Source: the human T2T-CHM13v2.0 reference genome, Homo sapiens. From it: DNA of 64,000 nucleotides. Of the stretch, positions 1 through 13,655 are shown piece by piece. Under the pieces are notes generated by a model, which was given only the letters and a program-made list of their open reading frames with translations, made no database searches and was not told the DNA's origin. Each line of letters starts with the position of its first letter. The first letter of the stretch is position 1. The position numbers were made by a program, and so were the translations under genes. The DNA lies in NCBI RefSeq assembly GCF_009914755.1, contig NC_060932.1, one strand, 5' to 3'.

Positions 1-46
1 TATCGCCTCCGGATAATTTCCACGGATCTTTTTAGAAAGAGGTTTC

Positions 47-346
47 GGCCAGGCATGGTGACTCACACCTGTAATCCCAGCTCTTTGGGAGGCTGAGGCG
101 GGCAGATCACCTGAGGTCAGGAGTTTGAGACAGCCTGGCCAACATGGTGAAAACCCTGTCTCTACTAAAAATACAAAAATTACCCAGGTGTGGTGGCAGC
201 TGTCAATAATCCCCGCTACTTGGGAGGCTGAGGCAGGAGAATTGCTGAACCTGGGAGGTGGAGGTTGCAGTGAGCCAAGATCACGCTACTGTACTCTAGC
301 CTGGGTGACAGAGCAAGATTCTGTGTCAAAAAAACAAACAAAAAAG
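47..346 (+). mobile_element. AluS (Sx/Sz-like), left parental Alu ('A') of the triplication
   Basis: Dimeric Alu starting GGCCAGGC, with TACTAAAAATACAAAAATTA linker and A-rich tail; degenerate TSD AAAGAGGTTTC / AAAGGAGCTTTC. Confidence 0.95.
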
Positions 347-695
347 GAGCTTTCAAAATATCACTCGTAGGACTGCAAATAATGGCATAAAACATTGGTG
401 TAATTGAAACAGGGTATTTGATCTAGATAACAACAGAGGTTTAGTATCCTAATCTGTAATACTTGAAAGACTGACTAGATGGTGTACATATTTCTAACTC
501 TATAATTTGGTGACTTTATATATCTGTAAGCTGACAAATGGATTGATAGATGAAGTAGGAATTTGAATATTTAGAGCCTTTATATAAATTAAGTTTTATT
601 AATAAGTTGAGTAGTAAACTGCAAAGTGATTGTAACCTCAGCCTGACTATTTCAACCTCTTCACTTTCAACTGAAGTTAAGATTTGTATTGGGAA

Positions 696-846
696 GGCAG
701 ACACGGTGGTGTGTGTCTATAGTCCCAACTACTCGGGAGGTTGAGGCAGGAGGAGTTTGAGGCTGTATTGTGCCATGATTGAGCCTGTGAATAGCCACTG
801 TATTGGGTAACACAGTCAGATCCTGTTTCAAAAAAAAAAAAAAAAA
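696..846 (+). mobile_element. FAM (fossil Alu monomer), copy 1
   Basis: 7SL-derived monomer with FAM-type GCCTGTGAATAGCCACTG, poly-A, TSD AAGATTTGT(A/G)TTG. Confidence 0.8.
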
Positions 847-1264
847 GATTTGTGTTGAGCTCCTAGAGAATTCAAGCGACATGTTTTCTAGATAAAGTAA
901 AACCTCCATTCATGCTCTCATTCTTCTTAAATTATCTATTTTCCCTCATTCATGAAATATTCAACAGTTTATATTTTCTTCTTCTCTCTTGTTTTTCATC
1001 ATATCACTTTCATCTGGTCCCCTTTCTTTTGCTGGGACTATAGTATTGATATTTCTCTGGTTTACTTTCCATTCCTCCCTCCACACCTCCTTCCCTTTTT
1101 CCTCCCTTTCTGAAGATGTTTTTCTTTGTCATATCATCTATGGTTATACAACTTAGAAAGATAGCTTTTGGATATTTGGAAAATGGTCAGTATTATCCTT
1201 GTCCATTGGGAGACATTCTCAAGTTGTGTGAATAAGGTCTTCAACATTTTCTCAGCATTTTTGA

Positions 1265-1620
<356 letters not shown>

Positions 1621-1969
1621 GAGCTTTCAAAATATCACTCGTAGGACTGCAAATAATGGCATAAAACATTGGTGTAATTGAAACAGGGTATTTGATCTAG
1701 ATAACAACAGAGGTTTAGTATCCTAATCTGTAATACTTGAAAGACTGACTAGATGGTGTACATATTTCTAACTCTATAATTTGGTGACTTTATATATCTG
1801 TAAGCTGACAAATGGATTGATAGATGAAGTAGGAATTTGAATATTTAGAGCCTTTATATAAATTAAGTTTTATTAATAAGTTGAGTAGTAAACTGCAAAG
1901 TGATTGTAACCTCAGCCTGACTATTTCAACCTCTTCACTTTCAACTGAAGTTAAGATTTGTATTGGGAA

Positions 1970-2120
1970 GGCAGACACGGTGGTGTGTGTCTATAGTCCC
2001 AACTACTCGGGAGGTTGAGGCAGGAGGAGTTTGAGGCTGTATTGTGCCATGATTGAGCCTGTGAATAGCCACTGTATTGGGTAACACAGTCAGATCCTGT
2101 TTCAAAAAAAAAAAAAAAAA
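1970..2120 (+). mobile_element. FAM, copy 2
   Basis: Duplicate of 696-846. Confidence 0.8.
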
Positions 2121-2538
2121 GATTTGTGTTGAGCTCCTAGAGAATTCAAGCGACATGTTTTCTAGATAAAGTAAAACCTCCATTCATGCTCTCATTCTTC
2201 TTAAATTATCTATTTTCCCTCATTCATGAAATATTCAACAGTTTATATTTTCTTCTTCTCTCTTGTTTTTCATCATATCACTTTCATCTGGTCCCCTTTC
2301 TTTTGCTGGGACTATAGTATTGATATTTCTCTGGTTTACTTTCCATTCCTCCCTCCACACCTCCTTCCCTTTTTCCTCCCTTTCTGAAGATGTTTTTCTT
2401 TGTCATATCATCTATGGTTATACAACTTAGAAAGATAGCTTTTGGATATTTGGAAAATGGTCAGTATTATCCTTGTCCATTGGGAGACATTCTCAAGTTG
2501 TGTGAATAAGGTCTTCAACATTTTCTCAGCATTTTTGA

Positions 2539-2894
<356 letters not shown>

Positions 2895-3243
2895 GAGCTT
2901 TCAAAATATCACTCGTAGGACTGCAAATAATGGCATAAAACATTGGTGTAATTGAAACAGGGTATTTGATCTAGATAACAACAGAGGTTTAGTATCCTAA
3001 TCTGTAATACTTGAAAGACTGACTAGATGGTGTACATATTTCTAACTCTATAATTTGGTGACTTTATATATCTGTAAGCTGACAAATGGATTGATAGATG
3101 AAGTAGGAATTTGAATATTTAGAGCCTTTATATAAATTAAGTTTTATTAATAAGTTGAGTAGTAAACTGCAAAGTGATTGTAACCTCAGCCTGACTATTT
3201 CAACCTCTTCACTTTCAACTGAAGTTAAGATTTGTATTGGGAA

Positions 3244-3393
3244 GGCAGACACGGTGGTGTGTGTCTATAGTCCCAACTACTCGGGAGGTTGAGGCAGGAG
3301 GAGTTTGAGGCTGTATTGTGCCATGATTGAGCCTGTGAATAGCCACTGTATTGGGTAACACAGTCAGATCCTGTTTCAAAAAAAAAAAAAAAA
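3244..3393 (+). mobile_element. FAM, copy 3
   Basis: Duplicate of 696-846, poly-A one base shorter. Confidence 0.8.
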
Positions 3394-3811
3394 GATTTGT
3401 GTTGAGCTCCTAGAGAATTCAAGCGACATGTTTTCTAGATAAAGTAAAACCTCCATTCATGCTCTCATTCTTCTTAAATTATCTATTTTCCCTCATTCAT
3501 GAAATATTCAACAGTTTATATTTTCTTCTTCTCTCTTGTTTTTCATCATATCACTTTCATCTGGTCCCCTTTCTTTTGCTGGGACTATAGTATTGATATT
3601 TCTCTGGTTTACTTTCCATTCCTCCCTCCACACCTCCTTCCCTTTTTCCTCCCTTTCTGAAGATGTTTTTCTTTGTCATATCATCTATGGTTATACAACT
3701 TAGAAAGATAGCTTTTGGATATTTGGAAAATGGTCAGTATTATCCTTGTCCATTGGGAGACATTCTCAAGTTGTGTGAATAAGGTCTTCAACATTTTCTC
3801 AGCATTTTTGA

Positions 3812-4211
<400 letters not shown>

Positions 4212-5439
4212 TCATTGATAGATGTTATTAATACATGTGGAGAATATATAAAAACTGGAGGTATCATTGAAAACTATACTCCTTGGGATAAAAATTAGTA
4301 CAAGTCACAGAGTTAACAATCTTAGGAAACTAGCTACAGATAAAAATTTTTGTGTATTTTAATTATTTAAAAAAGCATACCATTAATGATTCTATTTCCC
4401 ATTTGGCAAAAATTATTTATCTTAAATATATTGTGGATTACTTTCCTATTGCACATGAATTACTGAAATTGATTTCTAAAATATTTTTTCTATTTTTCTA
4501 TTACCATGAGTTGGGTCTTTTTGTTTCCAGTATATATTTCAGCCAAGTGTATAGAAATTGAAGAATATATTGACTTTTGTGTACTTATTTTTAACATAGC
4601 TATATTATAGCTATATATTCCCAACCCACAAGGACTAACTAGGAGTCCACATGCTGCTATAATACATTGTTTTGTTTTGAAAATAATTCCTATGGTACTC
4701 TTGATATACATTTATGTCATCTATTAATGAATCTGTTTCTTATTTTCCAGAATTTGATATTCTATTTTTTTCCAGATTTGTGAGATTTTAAAGAGTGTGC
4801 CCTTTTTTTGTTGTTGTTTTTGAATTTGTTGGAAATGACTTTAGAGGGAAGTGGCCAAGATGGCTAACTATAAACAGTTAGTGTGCATGACTCACAGAGA
4901 AGAAAGAAGGGGCGAGTAAATACAACACCTTCAACTGAAACATCCAGGTACTCATATTGGGACTAATCAAGGAAACAACTTGACCCATGAAGAATGAAGA
5001 AAAGCAAGGCAGGGCAATGGTCCACCTGGGACAACATGGAGCCAAGGGAACCTCTGCTGCCCAGGAAATGGTGAGTGAATGAGCAACCCAGGAAACCACG
5101 CTTCTCCTACAGATCTTTGCAACCCTTGGGTCAGGAGATCTCCTTGTGAACCCACTCCACCATGGGCCTTCAGTCTGACAGAACTATGCGGAGTCTTGGC
5201 AGAACAGCTGTCCAGGCATGCATAGAGACCCTGGAACCTTAGATACTTGGGCTTTCTGGCAAAAGTAGCTGCAGCTCTGGCAAGGTGGGAGGCTAGACAC
5301 CCATACATACCTCTAGGAAAGATGCTGAATCCAGTAACAGCCTGCAGGCCCCACTTCCAGGGCACCTCAAAATGATAAGACCCACTGGCTTGGCATTCCA
5401 GCCACCCACGGTAGTGGCATTGCACTTCCCTAAGAAAAA

Positions 5440-6420
5440 GTTCCTAGAGGGAGGGGTGTGCTGCCATCTTTGCTGTTCAGGCACCTTAGCTGTTTCAGCC
5501 ATCAGGCTTTGGAGAGTCTGAGCCAGTCGGGGGTGGAAGGGATCACCCAGCACAGCACAGCACAGCTACCAAAGCCTGGCCAGACTGCTGATTTAAGCAG
5601 GTGCCTGCTCTTGTTCCTCCTCACTGGGTGTGACCTCCCAACTGGGGCCTCCAGCCCCCCAACCTGTGTTCTCCAGTTGATAGAGATCTGAATTCCCCTG
5701 GGGATGGTGCTCCAAGAGGGAGGGGCAGGCCACCATCTTTGCTGTTTGGCTGACTTAGCTGATCCAGCCTTCAGGCTTTGGAGAGTCTGAGCCAATCAGG
5801 GGCAGAAGGGATCCCTCAGCATAGCACAGCTGCTGTACCAAAATGTGGCCAGACTGCTTCTTCAAGCAAGCAGGTCCTGGTCCCACTCCTCCTCACTGGC
5901 AGGACCTCCCAAATGGGGCCTCCAAAAAACCCTGTGGGTGTTCCCTGGTCGACAGAGATTTTTAACCTCCCTGGGACAAAGCTCCCAGAGGGAGGGGTAG
6001 GCTGCCATCTTTGTTACTTGAATGACTTAGCCATTCTGGCCTTTGAGCTTCAGAGTATCTGAGCCAACTGGGGCCTGAAGTGGACCCCCAGCATAGCACA
6101 GCTGCTCTATCAAAATGTGACCAGACTGCTTTTTAAAATGGATCCCTGATCCCATTTCTCCTCACTTGGTGGGCATCTCCAGCCACTTCCTACAGGTGCC
6201 TTTGGGTTGGCAACAGGCCCTTATCTCCCTGGGAAAAAGCTCTAAGAGGGAGGGACAGGCTGCCATCTTTGTTGTTTCACAGCCTTCACTGGTGATACCT
6301 CTAGGTACTGGAAAATCTGAGGCAACTAAAGACTGCAGTGGACCCCAAGTATACTGCAGCAGCCCTACAGAAAAGTGGCCAGAGTGTTACTGGGATGCCC
6401 ATTCCCATATCTCCTCACCA
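5440..6420 (+). repeat. ~4 diverged tandem ~270-bp monomers in the L1 5'UTR
   Basis: CCATCTTTG anchor at ~5461, 5731, 6002, 6260, each preceded by a GAGGG-rich motif; CAGCA(C/T)AGCACAGC recurs. Confidence 0.8.
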
Positions 6421-7236
6421 GGCAGGTCCTGCAGGCCTGGGCCTCCAGCCACTCCCTGCCAGAGCTATTGAGCCAGTAGCAACTCAGCAACTCTCTAGAT
6501 AGAGCCTCTGGGACAATTGAAAGCCTCTCTCCCACTCTTCTGCAGTGGAACAGCCTTTGCCACCCTCGGACTAACAAGGAGCAAAGACCCTAAGTACCTT
6601 ATCCACACCTTCAACAAGCTGACCCAAGGAGAGGAGGCCAGTCTGTCTCCCACGGGCCCCACACACCCTCCACTGCTCATCACCAGAAAGCGAACCCCTG
6701 GCTTAGACTCACAGCACAGGCCCTCCATCCTGGGCTGATTACACTGAGCGAGCTGATTACTCCAGGAGACAAACAAATGACCCTTGACCACACCCACTAC
6801 TGAGATCCTCTCCTCTGCTGTCTCTAAGCTGGGGAAGGAACATAAACACTGAGATTGCCCCAGAGCTGCTGGGCAGCCAAGGAATGCCAAGTTGTGATCT
6901 ATAGCCAGCACTCAAGGGGGAAAGAAACCCACACTTTCAGAGCGTTGAGAGAGAACATGGCTTCAATTATGAGGAAATATAGGAGAACCACACAACCAAG
7001 CAAGAGTCTACCAACTGACCAGTAAGCCTGAGTGCCACCTGCTTGATCACACCCCAAAGCTTCAACACCAAGAATACCTAACTAACATACCTCCCTCTGA
7101 AACCAGAGACAAGAGGTCAGCTTCAAATAAAGACACTACACAAAGCATTGGCCTGGTTATAACATCCAGAGAATAAGTCTATTGACTACAGTGTATTCAA
7201 TCTACACAGTAGTTAAAGGAACACTCACATACAGAG

Positions 7237-8200
7237 ATTAAGAAAGAACAAACGCAAGAACTCCAGTAACACAAATGACCAGAGGGTCATATGGCCTACA
7301 AATGACTGCACCAGTTCTCCAACGAGAGTTCTTAATCAGGTCATACTGGCTAGAATGACAAATAGAATTTGGAATATGGAGAGGAACAGAGATCATTGAG
7401 ACTCAGGAGGATGGCAAAACTCAATCCAAGGGAAATAAGAATCACAATAAAGTGATACAGGAGGTGAAGGACAAAATAGCCTATATGAAAAAGAACCTAA
7501 CAACCTAACATGTCTGGCAAAGGTGAATAACACAAGAATTTCACAATGCAATCACAAGTATCAACAGTTGAGTAAGCCAAACTGAGGAAAGAATCTCAGC
7601 ACTTGAAGACTAGTTCTCTAAAATAAGATTGTCAGACAAAAATAAAGAAAAAAGAATAAGAAGTAGTGAACAAAACCTCCAGGAAATATGGGATTATGTA
7701 AAAAGACCAAATCTGTGAGTCATTGGCATCCCTGAAAGGGAAGGGGAGGAAACACACAACTTGGAAAACATATTTCAGGATATTGTCCATGAAACCTTCC
7801 TCAATCTTGTTAGAGGCCAACAGTCAAATTCAGGAAATACAGAGAACTCCTGCAAGATTCTATACAAGAAGATCATTCCAAAGACATTTAATCATCAGAT
7901 TTTCCAAGGTCAAATGAAAGAATGTTAAAAGCAGCTAGAGAAAAAGGGCAGGTCACCTACAAAGGGAACTCCATTAGGCTAACAGCAGATCTCTTAGCTG
8001 AAACCCTACAATCCAGAAGAGGTTGGGGGGCCTATATTCAACATTCTTAAAGAAAGAAAACTTCAGTGAAACATTTTATATCCAGCCAAACTAAGCTTCC
8101 TAAGTGAAGGAAAAATAAACAAATGTGGGAATTTATTGCCACCGGACCTGCCTTATAAGAGATCTTGAAAGGAAAGTCCACTACCAGCTAATACAAAAGT
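7237..8200 (+). pseudogene. Disrupted L1 ORF1
   Basis: Fragments such as EIQRTPARFYTRRS..IIRFSKV; stops and frameshifts; apparent start codon reads ATT. Confidence 0.8.
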
Positions 8201-8277
8201 GCACTTAAATACACAGACCAGTGTCACTGTAAAGCAACCACACGAACAAACCAACAAAATAACCAGCTAACAGCACA

Positions 8278-10520
8278 ATGACAGGATCAAATCCACACAT
8301 ATTAATACTAATCTTGAATGTAAACAGGCTAAATGTCCCATTTAAAAGGCACAGCATTGCAAGCTAGATAAAAAAGCAAGACCCAATAGTGTGCTGTCTT
8401 CAAGAGATCCATCTCACATGTAATGACATTTATGGGCTTAAAATAAAGGTATGGAGGAAAATCTACCAAGTAAATGGAAAACAGAAAAAGCAGGGGTTGC
8501 AATCCTGATTTCAGAAAAAACAGATGTCAAACTTATAAGGTCCAAAAAACACAAAGAAGGGTGTTACATAATAGTAAAGGGTATAATTCAACAAGACCTA
8601 ACTATTCTAAGTATATATGCACCCAATACAGGAGCACCTGGATTCACAAAGCAAGTTCTTAGGCACCTACAAAGAGACATAGGCTTACATACAGTAATAG
8701 CAGGAGACTTAAACACTCCACTGACAGTATTAGACAGATCACTGAAGCATAAAATTAACAAAGGTATTCAGGACGTAAAGTCAGCATTGGGCCAAATGGA
8801 TCTGATTGAACTTTACAGAACTCTCCACCCCAAAACAATGTAATATATATTCTTATCAATGACACATGGCACATATTCTAAAACTGATCACATAATTGGA
8901 CACAAAACAATCCTCAACAAATGTAAAATAACTGAAATCATACTAAATATGTTCTGGGACCACAGTACAATAAAAATATAAGTCAAGACAATGAAAGTTG
9001 CTCAAAACCATGCAATTACATAGAAATTAAACAACATGCTCCTGAATAACTTTTGGGTAAATAATGAAATTAAGACAGAAATCAAGAAGTTATTTGAAAA
9101 TAATGAAAACAAAGATACAATATACCAGAATCTCTGGGATATAACTAAGGCAATGTTAAGAAGGAAATTCATAGCACTAAATGCCTACATCAAAAAGTTA
9201 GAAAGATTTCAAATTAACAATCTAACTTCACAACTGAAAGAATTAGAGAACCAAGAACAAATCAACCCCAAAGCTAGCAGAAGACAATAAATAACAAAAA
9301 TCTGAGCTGAACTGAAGGAAATCAACATGAAAAACCATTCAAAAGATCAACAAATCCAGGAGTTGGTTTTTGGAAAAAATTAATAAAATAGGCAACTAGC
9401 TAGAGTAATAAAGAAGAAAGGAGAGAAGATGTAAATAAATACAATTAGAAATGATGAAGGGAATGCTACTACTGACCCCAAAGAACCATCAGAAACTACT
9501 GTGAACACCTCTATACACACAAACTAGAAAACCTAGAAGAGATGGATAAATTCCTGGACACATACACCCTCCCAAAACTAAGACAAGAAGAAACTGATTC
9601 CCTGAACAGACCAATGATAAGCTCCAAAGTTGAATCGGTAATAAATATCCTATAAACCAAAGGTCCTGGATTTAGGAATGGGCAAAGATTTCACAACAAA
9701 GGCACCAAAAGCAAGTACAACAAAAGCAAAAATTGACAAGTGGGAGCTCATTAAATTTAAGACCTTCTGCATATCAAAAGAAACTATCAATAAACAGACA
9801 ACCTACAGAATGGGAGAAAACATTTGCAAACTTTGCATCTGACAAGGTATAATATGCAGAATCTATAGGAACTTAAAGAAATTTACAAGAAAAAAAACAA
9901 ATAAATGCATTAACAAATGGGCAAAGGACATGAGTAGACAATTTTCAAAAGAAGATATACATGTGGCCAACGAGCATATGAAAAAAAGCTCAGTATCACT
10001 GATCATTAGAGAAATGCAAATCAAAACACAATAAGATACCATCTCACACCAGTCAGAATGGCTATTATTAAAACAAATAACAGATGCTCACAAGGTTGTG
10101 GAGAAAAGGAAACATTTATCCACTGTTGCTGGCGGTGTAAATTAGTCCAACCATTGTGGAAAGCAGTATGGCAATTCCTAAAAGAGCTAAAAGCAGAACT
10201 ACGATTCGACCCAGAAATCCCATTACGAGATATAAACCCAGAGGAATATAAAGTGTTCTACCATAAAGACAAATGCACACAAATGTTCATTACAGCACTA
10301 TTCACAATAGCAAAGACATGGAATCAACCTAAATGTCCATCAATGACAGATTGGATAAAGAAAATGTGGTACATATACACCATGCAATATTATGCAGCCA
10401 TAAAAAAGAATGAGATTATGTCTTTTGCAGAAACATGAATGGAGCTGGAGGCTATCATCCTTAGCACACTAATGCAGGAACAGAAAACCAAATATCACAT
10501 GTTCTCACTTATAAGTGGGA
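8278..10520 (+). pseudogene. Disrupted L1 ORF2 (endonuclease and C-terminus retained, RT deleted)
   Basis: MTGSNPHI start; IYAPNTGAP and GDLNTPL endonuclease motifs; C-terminal [12 protein letters not shown] and [19 protein letters not shown]; multiple stops. Confidence 0.9.
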
Positions 10521-11578
10521 GCTTAATGATATGAACTTATGAGCACAAAGAAAGGAACAACAGACACTGGGGTCTAATTGAGGTGGGAGGGTGGGAGGTG
10601 AGAGAGGAGCAGAAAAGAGAACTATTGGGTACTGGGATTAATACCTGGGTGATGAAATAATATGTACAACAAACCCCCATGACACACATTTACCCTTGAA
10701 CAAACCTTCACATGTATCTCCAAACCTAAATAAATTTTTTTTAAAAAGAAAATGACTTAAGAGTTCTTAATGCTGAATTTTTTATTTAAAATAGATTTTC
10801 CTTATTTAAAAATCCTTCTATTCTCATTAAAATTTTAACAATTTACAGTATGTACTAAAGTTATTATCAAGATATAGAATGTTAATTTTTAGTTTATCAT
10901 GCATTTGTGGTAACTATTTTAATAGCTTGCTAAATACTGCAGCATCCTTACATTCCCAGATTGAACTTTCTTGATCACGGCATGGTGTAGCACTGAGTTT
11001 AAAACAACTTCATGAGAAACAAATTGTTCATAATAAAATTTTCTTTTAAAAAATTGGCCCCCAAATAAACACTATCTATTACTCTTGTTTTAAGCAGGAT
11101 TTCTTACTAGTGTCAGTGGTCAACTCTGGATCAATATCAGTCAATTATTTTTAAAAAATGGCACTGGTTTGACATGAAGTGATAAAATATTTAGTATATT
11201 TTTAGTGGAGAGTGATTAAAAGAAGAAATTGTTGATAAATTAATGGAAACATTTCTAAAAGGGAAGAGGTATAATTCATTACAAATTAATTGAATTTTAA
11301 AATACTTAAGAAGTCTTAAAGCTTGGAATGACAGTTTTCTTTTCATAGCTTTTAATCTCCTTTTCTCAATGTAGAAAGGAAGAAGTAATCAAAACTCACA
11401 CACAAAAGAATACCCATGACATAACCCACTCTGAGCCTATCATTATTAATATATTCTTGCACATTTCTCCAGATCTTTTTTCCCAACACATATACTAAAT
11501 TTTAAATAATTACAAAGATAGAATAAATATCATACATATAATCTGGTTTATTTTCATGAATATCTTTCCAAGGCAATG

Positions 11579-11620
11579 GGTAATTTCTCCAAGGTCATAG
11601 GTAATTTCTCCAAGGTCATA
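11579..11620. repeat. Perfect 21-bp tandem duplication GGTAATTTCTCCAAGGTCATA x2
   Basis: Direct reading. Confidence 0.9.
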
Positions 11621-12249
11621 ATTAATGATTATATACAATTTCACTCATATACTCTATTTTATTGGACTATCATTTACTTAGTTGCCTATTATTGGGCAGT
11701 GTTATTTTTTCTAACATTTCATTATTATTAACAGCACAAAGCAAAAATGAATTGTAAAAATTGGTTGTAAATAAAAAGGAAATGCATTTTCAACTGTAAA
11801 AACAAACAAAACCTTCCAACATTTAAACACAGACAAAATAGACTCAGAACAATTTTGAAAAAATTCCCCCAGGTGCACCAGTTACCAGCACCACCTGCTA
11901 TACATATTCATTTTCAAACAATTAATTGTCATAACCAAATAGATTTTGAACAATTGCCTTTGACTTTTAAAAATTTAACATATTTGTATCTAGATTTATC
12001 TATTTATTATATTATCAATTTTAATTGATATTTCATACATATATGCCAGTTGGACATTTTTATCAAGCTTAAGATTTTCATATTTTATTCATTGAATAAA
12101 TCAAGTAGCTTCCCACAATTTTTCTGTTTTCTGAAATAAAATATCTAACATGAAAACAATCTATTCTGTGGTATTTGAAGTACTTAATTAGTAAATCTCT
12201 CAGCATTTGACATATTTTAGAGAGTGGCTTTTAATACATGTTTTTCAAT

Positions 12250-12252
<3 letters not shown>

Positions 12253-12310
<58 letters not shown>
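12253..12310. repeat. (AT)~29 microsatellite
   Basis: Uninterrupted AT run. Confidence 0.97.
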
Positions 12311-12312
<2 letters not shown>

Positions 12313-12428
12313 GCCTGTATAGCTTTTTCAACTTGTGCCAACTTTTATATTTAAAAATTTTTTGTTGACATTCTGTCATTTGCTCGAGCAATTAAAATCA
12401 ATTATGAGTAGTAAATCATAATACTTAA

Positions 12429-12809
<381 letters not shown>

Positions 12810-13479
12810 TTAAATCTTATATTATTGGTTTACCAGCAAAATTAGCTTTTAGATTTGTCATTGATCTATTATTTTTCTACTGTCTAAAACATCTCCTTGT
12901 GTAAACATCAGCATTTCTAGAAATAATGGTGTCCAGATATTATACAGATTGCTGGAACTTTTTATTATGTTTCAATAGTCAGCCCAAATTTCCAAATTTT
13001 AAGGAGCAACTTCACAAACACATTGACATGTTAAAGAATAGGTATCATTATTTCACAGGTAACATACTTAAGAAACCTTTTTGTGTGAAAAAGTGACTGG
13101 ACTCATACCGCAATATGTAGAAATATATTTCCAAATTTTTTTATCTGCATCTAATATGACAAAATCTGTAGTGTTTTTATCTATATGAATTTCTAAATGT
13201 TCTATAATAGTGATCTTGCATTTTTCTCTGACATAATTACTATTGTGGGAAGTGTGTCTATAACTTTTCATATTTTCTGACATGTAAAGTATCTGATTTT
13301 ATTGTGTTGGATCTTGAGAAAAGAATCTATACAATTTTTGGTGTTTTAAATCTACCGCTTTTTTGTTCTTGGCATAGTATAATATCAGTGTTTGTGAATT
13401 TTCTGTGGACACTTGTGAGTTGGAAAGGAGTGGGAGGAGAAGAGAGTTAATGATTTTTAAGTACACACCGTATAAAAAG

Positions 13480-13655
13480 GCTTTCAGTATTTATCTCATT
13501 TAACCCCCACAACAACACAGTGAGGTAAGAGTTATTATCTACACTTTTTTTTTCATTTGAAAAATAGATATACAGTTAAGTGACTTGCCCAATTACATCT
13601 TGAGTACCTGGTCATGCTGGAACTCAGAGTAGGGTGTGTGTGATGCCAAAGGTTG
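13480..13655 (-). mobile_element. MIR
   Basis: Antisense core CTCATTTAA..CACAACAAC..TGAGGTA..GTTAAGTGACTTGCCCAA. Confidence 0.7.

Larger units (their letters stand above)
4847..10748 (+). mobile_element. Old primate L1 (L1PA13-16 class), both ends present, internally deleted
   Basis: 5' GGCCAAGATGGC start; ORF1/ORF2 remnants; 3'UTR ACTATTGGGTACTGG..AATACCTGGGTGATGAAATAAT; TSD AAATGACTT(T/A)AGAG at ~4833-4846 and ~10750-10763. Confidence 0.92.

Noticed and set aside
4878-6911. Dense overlapping ORFs up to 152 aa
   Set aside because: GC-richer L1 5'UTR has few stop codons; no recognisable protein
8451-10438. Endonuclease-like ORFs as a functional retroelement
   Set aside because: Stops, frameshifts and a missing RT domain
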